The notes below the pieces were generated by a model that worked only from the letters and a program-made list of their open reading frames with translations, made no database searches and was not told the DNA's origin. From an uncultured bacterium (GTDB lineage: Bacteria > SAR324 > NAC60-12): a stretch of DNA of 64,000 bases. The stretch covers positions 203,311 to 267,310 of the forward strand of contig CBFIGY010000002.1 of NCBI GenBank assembly GCA_965662235.1, in the 5' to 3' direction. Made by a program: the position numbers and the translations under genes. Positions 56,530 to 64,000 of this stretch are shown here, piece after piece; position 1 is the first letter of the stretch, and every line of letters begins with the position of its first letter.

Positions 56530-57364
56530 AGAACGCCTCTATCCGGAGTGGGCACAGACGTTTCAGATTGATGAGGTGCTGTTTGAGCACCGTACGGACC
56601 ATCAGCACCTGATCATCTTCAAGAATGCCCAGTTTGGCCGAGTGATGGCCCTGGACGGCATTGTCCAGACGACCGAAGCCGACGAGTTTGTTTACCATGA
56701 GATGCTGGCCCATGTGCCACTGTTTGCACATGGAAGCGCCAAGCGGGTGCTCATCATCGGAGGTGGAGACGGCGGACTGCTGCGTGAGGTGCTGAAGCAT
56801 CCGGAGGTGGAACACGTGACGCAGGTGGAGATCGACGGGCAGGTGATTGAGATGGCGAAGAAGCTGCTGCCTCAGCACTCCCAAGGCGCTTTTGACGACC
56901 CTCGGGTCCGGATTGTGATTCAAGACGGCATTGAATTTGTGCGGTCGTGCACAGAGTCGTTTGACGTGGTGCTCAGCGACTCCACAGATCCCGTGGGTCC
57001 GGGAGAGGTGCTGTTTACGTCTCCCTTCTATGAAGGTTGCCAGCGGGTGCTGGGCGAGAACGGTGTGCTGGCGACTCAGAATGGCGTGCCGTACCTACAG
57101 CTCGACGAGGTGCGGGTGACTCATCAACGCCTGAAGCCACTGTTTGCGGATGTGCATTTCTACGGAGCGTCGGTGCCCACCTACGTGGGAGGCATCATGG
57201 CGTTTGGCTGGGCTTCGCAGAATCCGGAACTGCGGCAGCAGCCGGCTTCCGTGCTCCGAGAACGCTTTGAGCAAGCCGGCTTCAAGACCCGGTTCTACAC
57301 TCCGGAACTGCACCACGGCAGCTTCGCTCTGCCTCAGTACGTGCTCGACAGCTTCCTCGGCTGA
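56516..57364 (+). CDS. speE: Spermidine synthase
   Basis: LDGIVQTTEADEFVYHEM, IIGGGDGG, VEID, DSTDPVGPG. ATG 56516 overlaps the end of speD. Confidence 0.96.
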   Translation: MKRFEERLYPEWAQTFQIDEVLFEHRTDHQHLIIFKNAQFGRVMALDGIVQTTEADEFVYHEMLAHVPLFAHGSAKRVLIIGGGDGGLLREVLKHPEVEHVTQVEIDGQVIEMAKKLLPQHSQGAFDDPRVRIVIQDGIEFVRSCTESFDVVLSDSTDPVGPGEVLFTSPFYEGCQRVLGENGVLATQNGVPYLQLDEVRVTHQRLKPLFADVHFYGASVPTYVGGIMAFGWASQNPELRQQPASVLRERFEQAGFKTRFYTPELHHGSFALPQYVLDSFLG

Positions 57365-57415
57365 ACTCCTCAGAGCCTCTCCGGAGGCTCGCCTCTCTTC
57401 CGTCTGGCCCCCCTC

Positions 57416-58096
57416 TCAGCGCCCCTCAGGCGTCAGGGAACGTTCCCACCAGGCAATGAGACGCGTGACCAGGAAGTTGAGCACCAGGTACAGACTCCCA
57501 GCCACAATGAAGAGCTCAATGGGCGCATAGGTCTTGGCAATGATGGAACGGGCCACTCCGGTCATTTCCATGAGGGTGATGGTGCTGGCCAGGGAGCTGG
57601 CCTTGACCATGAGGATCATTTCGTTGCCATACGCGGGCAGGGCAATGCGGGTTGCCTGCGGCAGAAGCACTCGCATGAAGCGCTGCAGAGGGTTCATCCC
57701 AAACGCCAAAGCGGCTTCGATCTGCCCATGCGGCACCCCGATCAGGGCCCCGCGGAAGATCTCACTCGCATAGGCGCCGGTGTTAAGCGTCAGGGCGAGC
57801 ACCGCACACCAGTACGGCTCTCGAAGAAAGACCCATAGCCAGCTTTCCCGGATCCAGTCCACCTGTCCCAGTCCAAAGTAGATCAAGAAGATCTGCACCA
57901 GCAGAGGCGTCCCCCGGAAGACAAACACGTACCCTTTGACAAGCAAGGTGGCCACCCGACCGGCATACACCCGGAGCAAAGCCAGCCCCAAGGCTAGGAA
58001 GAATCCCAGAAACAGCGCCATTCCCACCAACCGCAGCGTCTCTCCCAATCCTCCGAGGATCTTTGGGAAGCTGCTGAACATCAGGTCCCAGTTCAT
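57416..58096 (-). CDS. Polar amino acid ABC permease (HisM-like)
   Basis: FRGTPLLVQ, GQIEAA, KASSLASTIT. Confidence 0.9.
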   Translation of the reverse strand: MNWDLMFSSFPKILGGLGETLRLVGMALFLGFFLALGLALLRVYAGRVATLLVKGYVFVFRGTPLLVQIFLIYFGLGQVDWIRESWLWVFLREPYWCAVLALTLNTGAYASEIFRGALIGVPHGQIEAALAFGMNPLQRFMRVLLPQATRIALPAYGNEMILMVKASSLASTITLMEMTGVARSIIAKTYAPIELFIVAGSLYLVLNFLVTRLIAWWERSLTPEGR

Positions 58097-58794
58097 GTCC
58101 GTGTGGCTCCTCGGTTGGCCCAGCGTTCCGCACGCACAAAGCCACGTTCACTCAGCGAGGTCAGCACCAGGAACAGCACGGCAGCTGTGGAGTAAAAGAG
58201 AAAGGGACTGCGCTCTGACCCGGAGGCCACGTAGGCCTGACGCATCAGCTCCACCAGTCCGGTCACCGAGATGAGCGCCGTGTCCTTCAGGGTCAGCTGC
58301 CAGACGTTCCCCATTCCCGGAAGCGCCAGCCGTGCTGTTTGGGGCACCAGCACCCGACGGAACAGCGTCATCCGGGGCATCCCAATCGCGTGGGCGGCTT
58401 CCAGTTGCCCCTTTGATACCGCCTGCACCGCGCCACGGATGACCTCGGTGGAGTAGGCGCCACTGATCAAGCCCACGGCAACCACCCCAATGGTGAAGGC
58501 TGGCACCTCAATGTACCCCTCGTGTCCGAAGATGCCGGCAATGAACATGACCGCGCCGTTGCCTCCGAAGAAGAGGAGGTAGATGATGAGCAGCTCCGGA
58601 ACCCCACGAATGAGGGTGGTGTAACCATTGGCGAGCCAACGCAGGACCCGTGGGCCCGAAAGCTTGACCCAGGCCAGGAGGGTGCCGATCAGAGTGCCCA
58701 GCAGCAGCGACGAAACCGAAACCGCCAGGGTCATGAGCATGGCCAGGAGCATTTCATCTCCCCAGCCGTTGGGGCCGAAGGCGAGCTTTTCCAT
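58093..58794 (-). CDS. Polar amino acid ABC permease (HisQ-like)
   Basis: IRGVPELL, GQLEAA, ALPGMGNVW..LKDTAL. Start ATG 58794. Confidence 0.9.
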   Translation of the reverse strand: MEKLAFGPNGWGDEMLLAMLMTLAVSVSSLLLGTLIGTLLAWVKLSGPRVLRWLANGYTTLIRGVPELLIIYLLFFGGNGAVMFIAGIFGHEGYIEVPAFTIGVVAVGLISGAYSTEVIRGAVQAVSKGQLEAAHAIGMPRMTLFRRVLVPQTARLALPGMGNVWQLTLKDTALISVTGLVELMRQAYVASGSERSPFLFYSTAAVLFLVLTSLSERGFVRAERWANRGATRT

Positions 58795-58825
58795 GGACGG
58801 GGTGAGGTGAGGGAATCGGGAAGGA

Positions 58826-58847
58826 GCGGGATGCCGAAGCATCCCGC
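58826..58847 (-). terminator. Intercistronic cUUCGg hairpin after the binding-protein gene
   Basis: Minus strand GCGGGATGC-TTCG-GCATCCCGC, a perfect 9-bp stem in the usual position for an mRNA-stabilising or attenuating hairpin. Confidence 0.6.
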
Positions 58848-58854
58848 AGAGGGC

Positions 58855-59700
58855 TTACATGGAAATGTCTTTTCCGAACCACTCTCTGGAGATGCGGCTC
58901 AGCGTTCCATCTGCACGGACGGAATTGATCGCCTCGTTGAACATCTTCAGGAGCTCGCTGTCGCTCTTGCGGAGGCCAATGCCCACGCCGGCGCCAAAGA
59001 CGTCTCCGCTCAGACGCGGTCCTGCGAAGGTCAGGTTTTCGCCAGACTCCGAGGCCACAAACTCTTCAAACGCACCGGTGTCTGCCAGGGCAGCATCAAT
59101 GCGACCAGCGGCCATGTCCAGATTCAGGTCATCCTGAGTCTGATAGGTCCGCATGCTGGAGCCCGTGAGGTACTTTTCCACAAAGTTGGCGTGGATGGTG
59201 GCGCCCTGCACCCCAACGGTCTTGCCGTCCAGCACTTCCACCAGCCGGTCGATGGCGGCTTTTTCGCTGGAACTCATGCGGTCCAGGTTGATCTTCTCCG
59301 GAAAGCTGGAGGTGTCCAGGTCACTGCCCTTGGCGGTGATGAAGGACGCGCCGTCCGTCATGTAGCCTTGGCTGAAGTTGATCACTTCCTTGCGCTCCGA
59401 CGTGATGGACATGCCAGCAATGATAGCGTCGTACTTGCCCTGCTGCAGCGCCGGAATGATGCCGTCCCAGTCCTGGGCCACAAAGGTGCACTCCACGCCC
59501 ATGCGCTTGCAGAGCTCCCGGCCGAGGTCGATTTCGGCGCCCACTAGGTTGCCGTTCGCATCCGTGGAGTTCCACGGCGGGTACGCGCCTTCGGTTCCAA
59601 TGCGGACGGTCTTCCAGTCCTTGGCCTGAACGGTCAGGGCCAGTCCCAGCGCCAAGGCGAGGGACAGCCATAGCGTTTTCTTGAACATCTTGCTCTCCAT
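58855..59700 (-). CDS. Polar amino acid (Lys/Arg/Orn/opine-type) ABC substrate-binding protein
   Basis: Signal peptide, GTEGAYPPW, QDWDGIIPAL, MSITSER. Confidence 0.9.
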   Translation of the reverse strand: MESKMFKKTLWLSLALALGLALTVQAKDWKTVRIGTEGAYPPWNSTDANGNLVGAEIDLGRELCKRMGVECTFVAQDWDGIIPALQQGKYDAIIAGMSITSERKEVINFSQGYMTDGASFITAKGSDLDTSSFPEKINLDRMSSSEKAAIDRLVEVLDGKTVGVQGATIHANFVEKYLTGSSMRTYQTQDDLNLDMAAGRIDAALADTGAFEEFVASESGENLTFAGPRLSGDVFGAGVGIGLRKSDSELLKMFNEAINSVRADGTLSRISREWFGKDISM

Positions 59701-59705
59701 TGCAA

Positions 59706-60485
59706 TTAAAATTGAGTGACGCTGGCCAGGAACTGGCGACAGCGCTCCGTGGTTGGGGCTTCAAAAACCGAAGCCGGAGGGCCCCATTCCCCTACGACTC
59801 CTTGATCCAAAAACAAAACGTTGCTGCTGACGTCTCGTGCAAAGCGCATCTCGTGGGTCACCACCAGCATCGTCCGTCCCTCCTCAGCTAGGGCCCGCAT
59901 CACCTTGAGGACCTCGCCCACGAGTTCCGGATCCAGAGCACTGGTGGGCTCATCAAAGAGCAGCACCTCTGGCTCCATCGCCAGGGCCCGGGCAATGCCA
60001 ACCCGCTGCTGCTGCCCCCCGGAGAGCTGAATGGGCCACGCCTGTGCCCGATCTGCCAGCCCCACCTTGTCTAGGTAGTGCAGGGCACGGTCTCGGGCCT
60101 CAGCCTTGGGCACCTTGAGGACGTGGATGGGCCCTTCGGTAACGTTGTCCAGAACGTTAAGGTGCGTCCAGAGGTTGAAGGACTGGAAGACCATCCCGCA
60201 GCGTTGCCGCAGCTTCACAATGTCGCGGCGTGGCGCGCCTGCCTGGTAGTTCTGTCCCGAAAGCGAGATGGTGCCTTGGTCGGGTTCCTCAAGGAAATTG
60301 ATGCAACGCAGAAAGGTGCTCTTGCCAGAACCGGAGGAGCCGATGATCGACACCACGTCTCCCTCATGCGCTTCCAGAGAGACGCCTTTGAGCACCTCGA
60401 TGCCTCCAAACGACTTGTGGAGGTTGGTGACGCGCAGGCGAGTTTCAGAGGAAGTCCGGGAGGAGGCAGGAGCAGGAGTAGACAC
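59706..60485 (-). CDS. Polar amino acid ABC ATPase (HisP-like)
   Basis: GSSGSGKST, LSGGQQQR, FDEPTSALDPELVGEVL, VTHEM. Confidence 0.93.
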   Translation of the reverse strand: MSTPAPASSRTSSETRLRVTNLHKSFGGIEVLKGVSLEAHEGDVVSIIGSSGSGKSTFLRCINFLEEPDQGTISLSGQNYQAGAPRRDIVKLRQRCGMVFQSFNLWTHLNVLDNVTEGPIHVLKVPKAEARDRALHYLDKVGLADRAQAWPIQLSGGQQQRVGIARALAMEPEVLLFDEPTSALDPELVGEVLKVMRALAEEGRTMLVVTHEMRFARDVSSNVLFLDQGVVGEWGPPASVFEAPTTERCRQFLASVTQF

Positions 60486-60615
60486 CGATGCGTTTGTGTG
60501 ATGTGATCAGGTACGTTCTCAAATGGCGCCTTTTATTAAATGGAGAACCTGGTCTTTTGTAAAGGTCAAAGCTACATTTCTCGCCGTTTCTGCTGAATTT
60601 TTTCCAAGGAACCTG

Positions 60616-61746
60616 ATGCCTCGTGAAACCCTGTTGCCCCTGACGTTAACGGCTCCCGGAACCCAACGTGCCCTGCGGGTGCTGGATTTTGGTCCTGCAG
60701 AGGGCACCCCCTTGATTTACCTGCAGGCGGCAATTCACGCCGACGAGATCCCGGCGCTGGCGACAGCACACCGCCTTGAGCAAAAACTGACCGCGTTGGA
60801 AGCACAAGGAGCCTTCCGGGGTCGGGTGCGGCTGGTTCCAGTTGCCAACCCGATCGGCTTGGACCAGCACCTGATGGGGCAGCACCTGGGGCGTTTCGAC
60901 TTTTCGGGACGGGAGAACTTCAACCGCGGCTACCCCGATCTGGGGGAAGTGCTCCCGGAGCGCCTTTCTGGTCAGCTGACAGACGACCCCGACCACAACA
61001 CCCGTGTGATCCGCAACACCCTCCGGGACGTGCTTGCGGAAATTCCTCCGCTCCGCGTGTCTGAGGAGCACAAGCGCCTTCTCTTTGAGCAGTCCCTAGA
61101 CGCCGACCTGATTGTGGACCTGCACTGTGACGATGACTCGGAGCTGCACCTGTACACCAGTCCCTCGGGCTGGGAAGCTTTTGAAGACCTGGCCCGGCTG
61201 CTGGCCATTCCTGTGGTGATGCTGGCCGATGACTCCGGAGGCGCCAGCTTTGATGAAGCCCTCCCTGGACTGTGGACGACCCTGCAGCGCGCCTTCCCGG
61301 AGGTGCCCATTGCGTCTGCCACCCGAGGCTGCACACTGGAGCTCCGGGGCATGGAAGATGTCCGTTTCGACCTGGTGGAGCAGGACACCGAGGCGCTTCT
61401 GGCGTTCCTGCAGCGTCAGCAGGTGCTGGACCTTCCGGAAACGCCTCTCCCAGACCGCGTCTCTCAGGTGGTGGCCCTGGAGGCTGTGGACTTTCCGGCG
61501 GCACCCATCGCTGGAATGGTGCTCTGGCACAAGGCCCTCGGCGAGGAGGTCACAGAGGGAGAGACGCTGGCGGAGATCTGGGTGCCCGGACAGGCGTCTC
61601 AACCGCCGGTGCCGGTGCCTGCCCGCTGTTCCGGACGCCTGTTTGTCCGCACCCGTCAGCGCTTTGTCGAGGCAGGTGCCAGCCTCGGCAAGGTCTGTGG
61701 CTCGGCTCCTCTTCCCTGGCGTCAGGGGTACCTTCTCAACGCCTGA
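60616..61746 (+). CDS. Succinylglutamate desuccinylase/aspartoacylase family (M14) hydrolase
   Basis: AAIHADE, PVANPIG, NFNR, DLHCD, TLELRG. Start ATG 60616. Confidence 0.88.
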   Translation: MPRETLLPLTLTAPGTQRALRVLDFGPAEGTPLIYLQAAIHADEIPALATAHRLEQKLTALEAQGAFRGRVRLVPVANPIGLDQHLMGQHLGRFDFSGRENFNRGYPDLGEVLPERLSGQLTDDPDHNTRVIRNTLRDVLAEIPPLRVSEEHKRLLFEQSLDADLIVDLHCDDDSELHLYTSPSGWEAFEDLARLLAIPVVMLADDSGGASFDEALPGLWTTLQRAFPEVPIASATRGCTLELRGMEDVRFDLVEQDTEALLAFLQRQQVLDLPETPLPDRVSQVVALEAVDFPAAPIAGMVLWHKALGEEVTEGETLAEIWVPGQASQPPVPVPARCSGRLFVRTRQRFVEAGASLGKVCGSAPLPWRQGYLLNA

Positions 61747-61880
61747 GGCGCGGCTTGATTTTGACTCTTTAAGCCACTTTGCTAAGTTGGCGAGGCGTTG
61801 CTGTCTGCACCAACGCCCTTCACCCCCCGGATCCCCGCGCCGGGATTCTTTCCGAATTCTTCACTTGAAACAGGAACGCT

Positions 61881-63572
61881 ATGCCGCAATCCGGACACCG
61901 TCGCTACTCCTCTGCTGTCACTGAAACCCCGGAACGCGCTGCCAGCCGCGGCATGCTGTATGGGCTTGGCTACAAAAAGGAAGACTTTAAGAAATCCCAG
62001 ATCGGCATTGCCTCCACCTGGGGACACGTGACGCCCTGCAACATGCACATCAACCAGCTGGCGGAACATGCCGCCCGCGGGGTGCGTAAGTCCAAGGGCA
62101 TGCCCATGCCGTTCAACACCATTACCATCTCCGATGGCATCTCCATGGGCACCGAGGGCATGAAGTACTCCCTGGTTTCCCGAGAGGTGATCGCGGACTC
62201 CATTGAAACCGTGGTGGGGTGCCAGGCATACGATGGCGTTGTGGCCATTGGAGGCTGCGACAAGAACATGCCCGGGTGCATGATTGCCCTGGCCCGGCTG
62301 AACCGTCCGGCCGTGTTTGTGTACGGCGGAACGATCTTGCCCGGAAACGTCGATGGCAAGGATGCCGACATTGTGACCATCTTTGAGGCGGTTGGGCAGC
62401 ATGCCTCAGGCGTGATTGACGACCAGCAGCTGGAGAAGATCGAATCGCAGTCCATTCCCGGGGCCGGTTCCTGCGGAGGCATGTACACCGCCAACACCAT
62501 GGCCTCTGCCATTGAAGCCATGGGCATGAGCCTTCCCAACAGCTCTGCGATGGCTGCCGTTTCCGAAGACAAGGCCCGAGACTGTGTTGCCGCCGGTGAG
62601 GCGGTGATGCGCATGATTGAAGAGAATCTCTGCCCCCGGGACATCATGACCCGTGAGGCCTTTGAAAACGCCATCACCGTGGTGATGGCCCTGGGAGGCT
62701 CCACCAACGCGGTTTTGCACCTGCTTGCCATGGCGCATGCCGCCGAAGTCGACCTGACCCTTGATGACTTCCACCGCATCGGTCAAAAGGCCCCGCTCCT
62801 GGCTGACGTCCGTCCCAGCGGACGCTTCCTCATGGCCGACTTCATCAAAATTGGCGGGCTTCCTCCTCTGATGAAGATGCTGCTCGACGCAGGGCTGCTG
62901 CATGGCGACTGCCTGACGGTGACCGGCAAGACCGTGGCCGAGAACCTTGCAGACGTGTCGCCGTATGCCCCTGATCAAGAAATTGTGATGCCGCTGGATC
63001 GTCCCATCAAGAAGCAGGGACACCTGGTGATCCTCCGGGGGAACCTGGCGCCAGAAGGAGCCGTCGCCAAGATTTCCGGGAAGGAAGGCGAGTTCTTTCA
63101 GGGCAAGGCCCGGGTGTTTGAGTCCGAAGAGGAAGGCCTCAAGCGCATTCTCGACGGCACCGTTCAGGCAGGAGACGTCATTGTGATCCGCTACGAAGGC
63201 CCCAAGGGAGGTCCGGGCATGCGCGAAATGCTCTCGCCTACCTCTGCCATCATGGGACGTGGCCTGGGCAAGGACGTGGCCTTCATCACCGACGGACGCT
63301 TCTCCGGTGGCAGCCACGGCTTTGTGATTGGACACGTCACTCCGGAGGCCTACGAAGGGGGACCCATTGCCATTCTTCAAGATGGCGACCCCATCACCAT
63401 TGATGCCGCCAACCACCAGATCAACATTGACCTGCCCGAGGCAGAGATCACAAAACGCCTGGAGGCCTGGACCCGTCCTGCCCCCCGGTACACGCGTGGT
63501 GTGCTGTCCAAGTACGCCCGGACCGTGCGCTCCGCCTCCTTGGGAGCCGTGACGGATTTGGCCGAATCCTGA
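61881..63572 (+). CDS. ilvD: Dihydroxy-acid dehydratase
   Basis: [50 protein letters not shown]. Confidence 0.96.
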   Translation: MPQSGHRRYSSAVTETPERAASRGMLYGLGYKKEDFKKSQIGIASTWGHVTPCNMHINQLAEHAARGVRKSKGMPMPFNTITISDGISMGTEGMKYSLVSREVIADSIETVVGCQAYDGVVAIGGCDKNMPGCMIALARLNRPAVFVYGGTILPGNVDGKDADIVTIFEAVGQHASGVIDDQQLEKIESQSIPGAGSCGGMYTANTMASAIEAMGMSLPNSSAMAAVSEDKARDCVAAGEAVMRMIEENLCPRDIMTREAFENAITVVMALGGSTNAVLHLLAMAHAAEVDLTLDDFHRIGQKAPLLADVRPSGRFLMADFIKIGGLPPLMKMLLDAGLLHGDCLTVTGKTVAENLADVSPYAPDQEIVMPLDRPIKKQGHLVILRGNLAPEGAVAKISGKEGEFFQGKARVFESEEEGLKRILDGTVQAGDVIVIRYEGPKGGPGMREMLSPTSAIMGRGLGKDVAFITDGRFSGGSHGFVIGHVTPEAYEGGPIAILQDGDPITIDAANHQINIDLPEAEITKRLEAWTRPAPRYTRGVLSKYARTVRSASLGAVTDLAES

Positions 63573-63580
63573 GAAAGTCA

Positions 63581-63609
63581 TTGACTCTCTAAGGGCACTC
63601 TCGTATATT
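63581..63609 (+). promoter_or_regulatory. Sigma-70 promoter of tRNA-Lys
   Basis: TTGACT-N17-TATATT. Confidence 0.7.
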
Positions 63610-63627
63610 AGTGGATTCTGTTGGTTC

Positions 63628-63703
63628 GGGTCGGTAGCTCAGTTGGTAGAGCATCTGACTTTTAATCAGGTGGTCCGGGGTTCGAGCCCCCGCCGACCCA
63701 CCA
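63628..63703 (+). tRNA. tRNA-Lys (anticodon UUU)
   Basis: 76 nt; acceptor GGGTCGG/CCGACCC, D-arm AGCTCAGTTGGTAGAGC, anticodon loop CTTTTAA, T-loop TTCGAGC, encoded CCA. Confidence 0.97.
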
Positions 63704-63830
63704 ATAGAATCAGTGAGTTACGGACATCTCTTCCTCGCCGTCAGCCTTCATGGGGAAGATTTGGGGAAAGTTACCACTGAAGATCGCTTGTGTTGCTTGA
63801 AGATTTCAAACCCCTCTTCAAGGCAATGCC

Positions 63831-64000
63831 ATGCACATTGAACCTCGCAAACGCCAGTCTGGCACCCGTTACCGCGTCAAAGTCACCGTCCGCGGATACC
63901 CTACCCAAACAAAGACCTTTTCCAGCAAAGCCCAAGCGAAAGCATGGGGAATGCAAATGGAAGCAGACCTGCAGTCTGGCCGGCTCGGTAGTGGTCTGTC
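63831..64000 (+). mobile_element. N-terminus of a tyrosine recombinase/integrase, cut by the right edge; probable island border
   Basis: Not in the ORF track. MHIEPRKRQSGTRYRVKVTVRGYPTQTKTFSSKAQAKAWGMQMEADL matches the integrase arm-binding pattern (KTF..K..A..W...E). Starts 127 nt after the tRNA 3' end. Catalytic residues are not visible. Confidence 0.75.

Noticed and set aside
1..64000. CRISPR arrays, rRNA genes, IS elements or retron/RT genes
   Set aside because: I saw no regularly spaced repeats and no rRNA, transposase or reverse-transcriptase motifs.

Overview
A GC-rich (about 60%) bacterial chromosome segment, mostly housekeeping genes. The gene set fits a flagellated deltaproteobacterial-grade lineage such as SAR324, but that is inference only. 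From left to right it carries: a very long fliD (cut by the left edge) and fliC with a consensus sigma-28 promoter; mutY; a SutA-like small protein; an orphan PAS histidine kinase; a stand-alone CI/LexA-type repressor facing a 49-aa ORF across a palindromic operator; mscS; livGFHM; a full alternative complex III operon (actABCDEF); sohB, tpm and kdsB; uppS-cdsA-dxr-rseP; an amidase, an MFS transporter and cobO; a TonB-like/exbBD/murJ cluster with three unknown genes; a fungal/Bacteroidetes-type ilvC; lon; an arginine/polyamine neighbourhood (aldehyde dehydrogenase, speD-speE, polar amino acid ABC transporter, M14 desuccinylase); ilvD; and tRNA-Lys followed by the start of a tyrosine integrase, which marks an island border at the right edge. 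The best candidates for something new are: (1) a densely base-paired non-coding leader of about 570 nt upstream of speD-speE that I cannot match to a known RNA family; (2) the prophage-free repressor/operator/small-peptide switch; (3) the giant FliD with a triplicated domain and a motif shared with FliC; (4) the Ton-like motor cluster; (5) strong over-representation of the palindrome TCCGGA. I saw no CRISPR array, rRNA or IS element.
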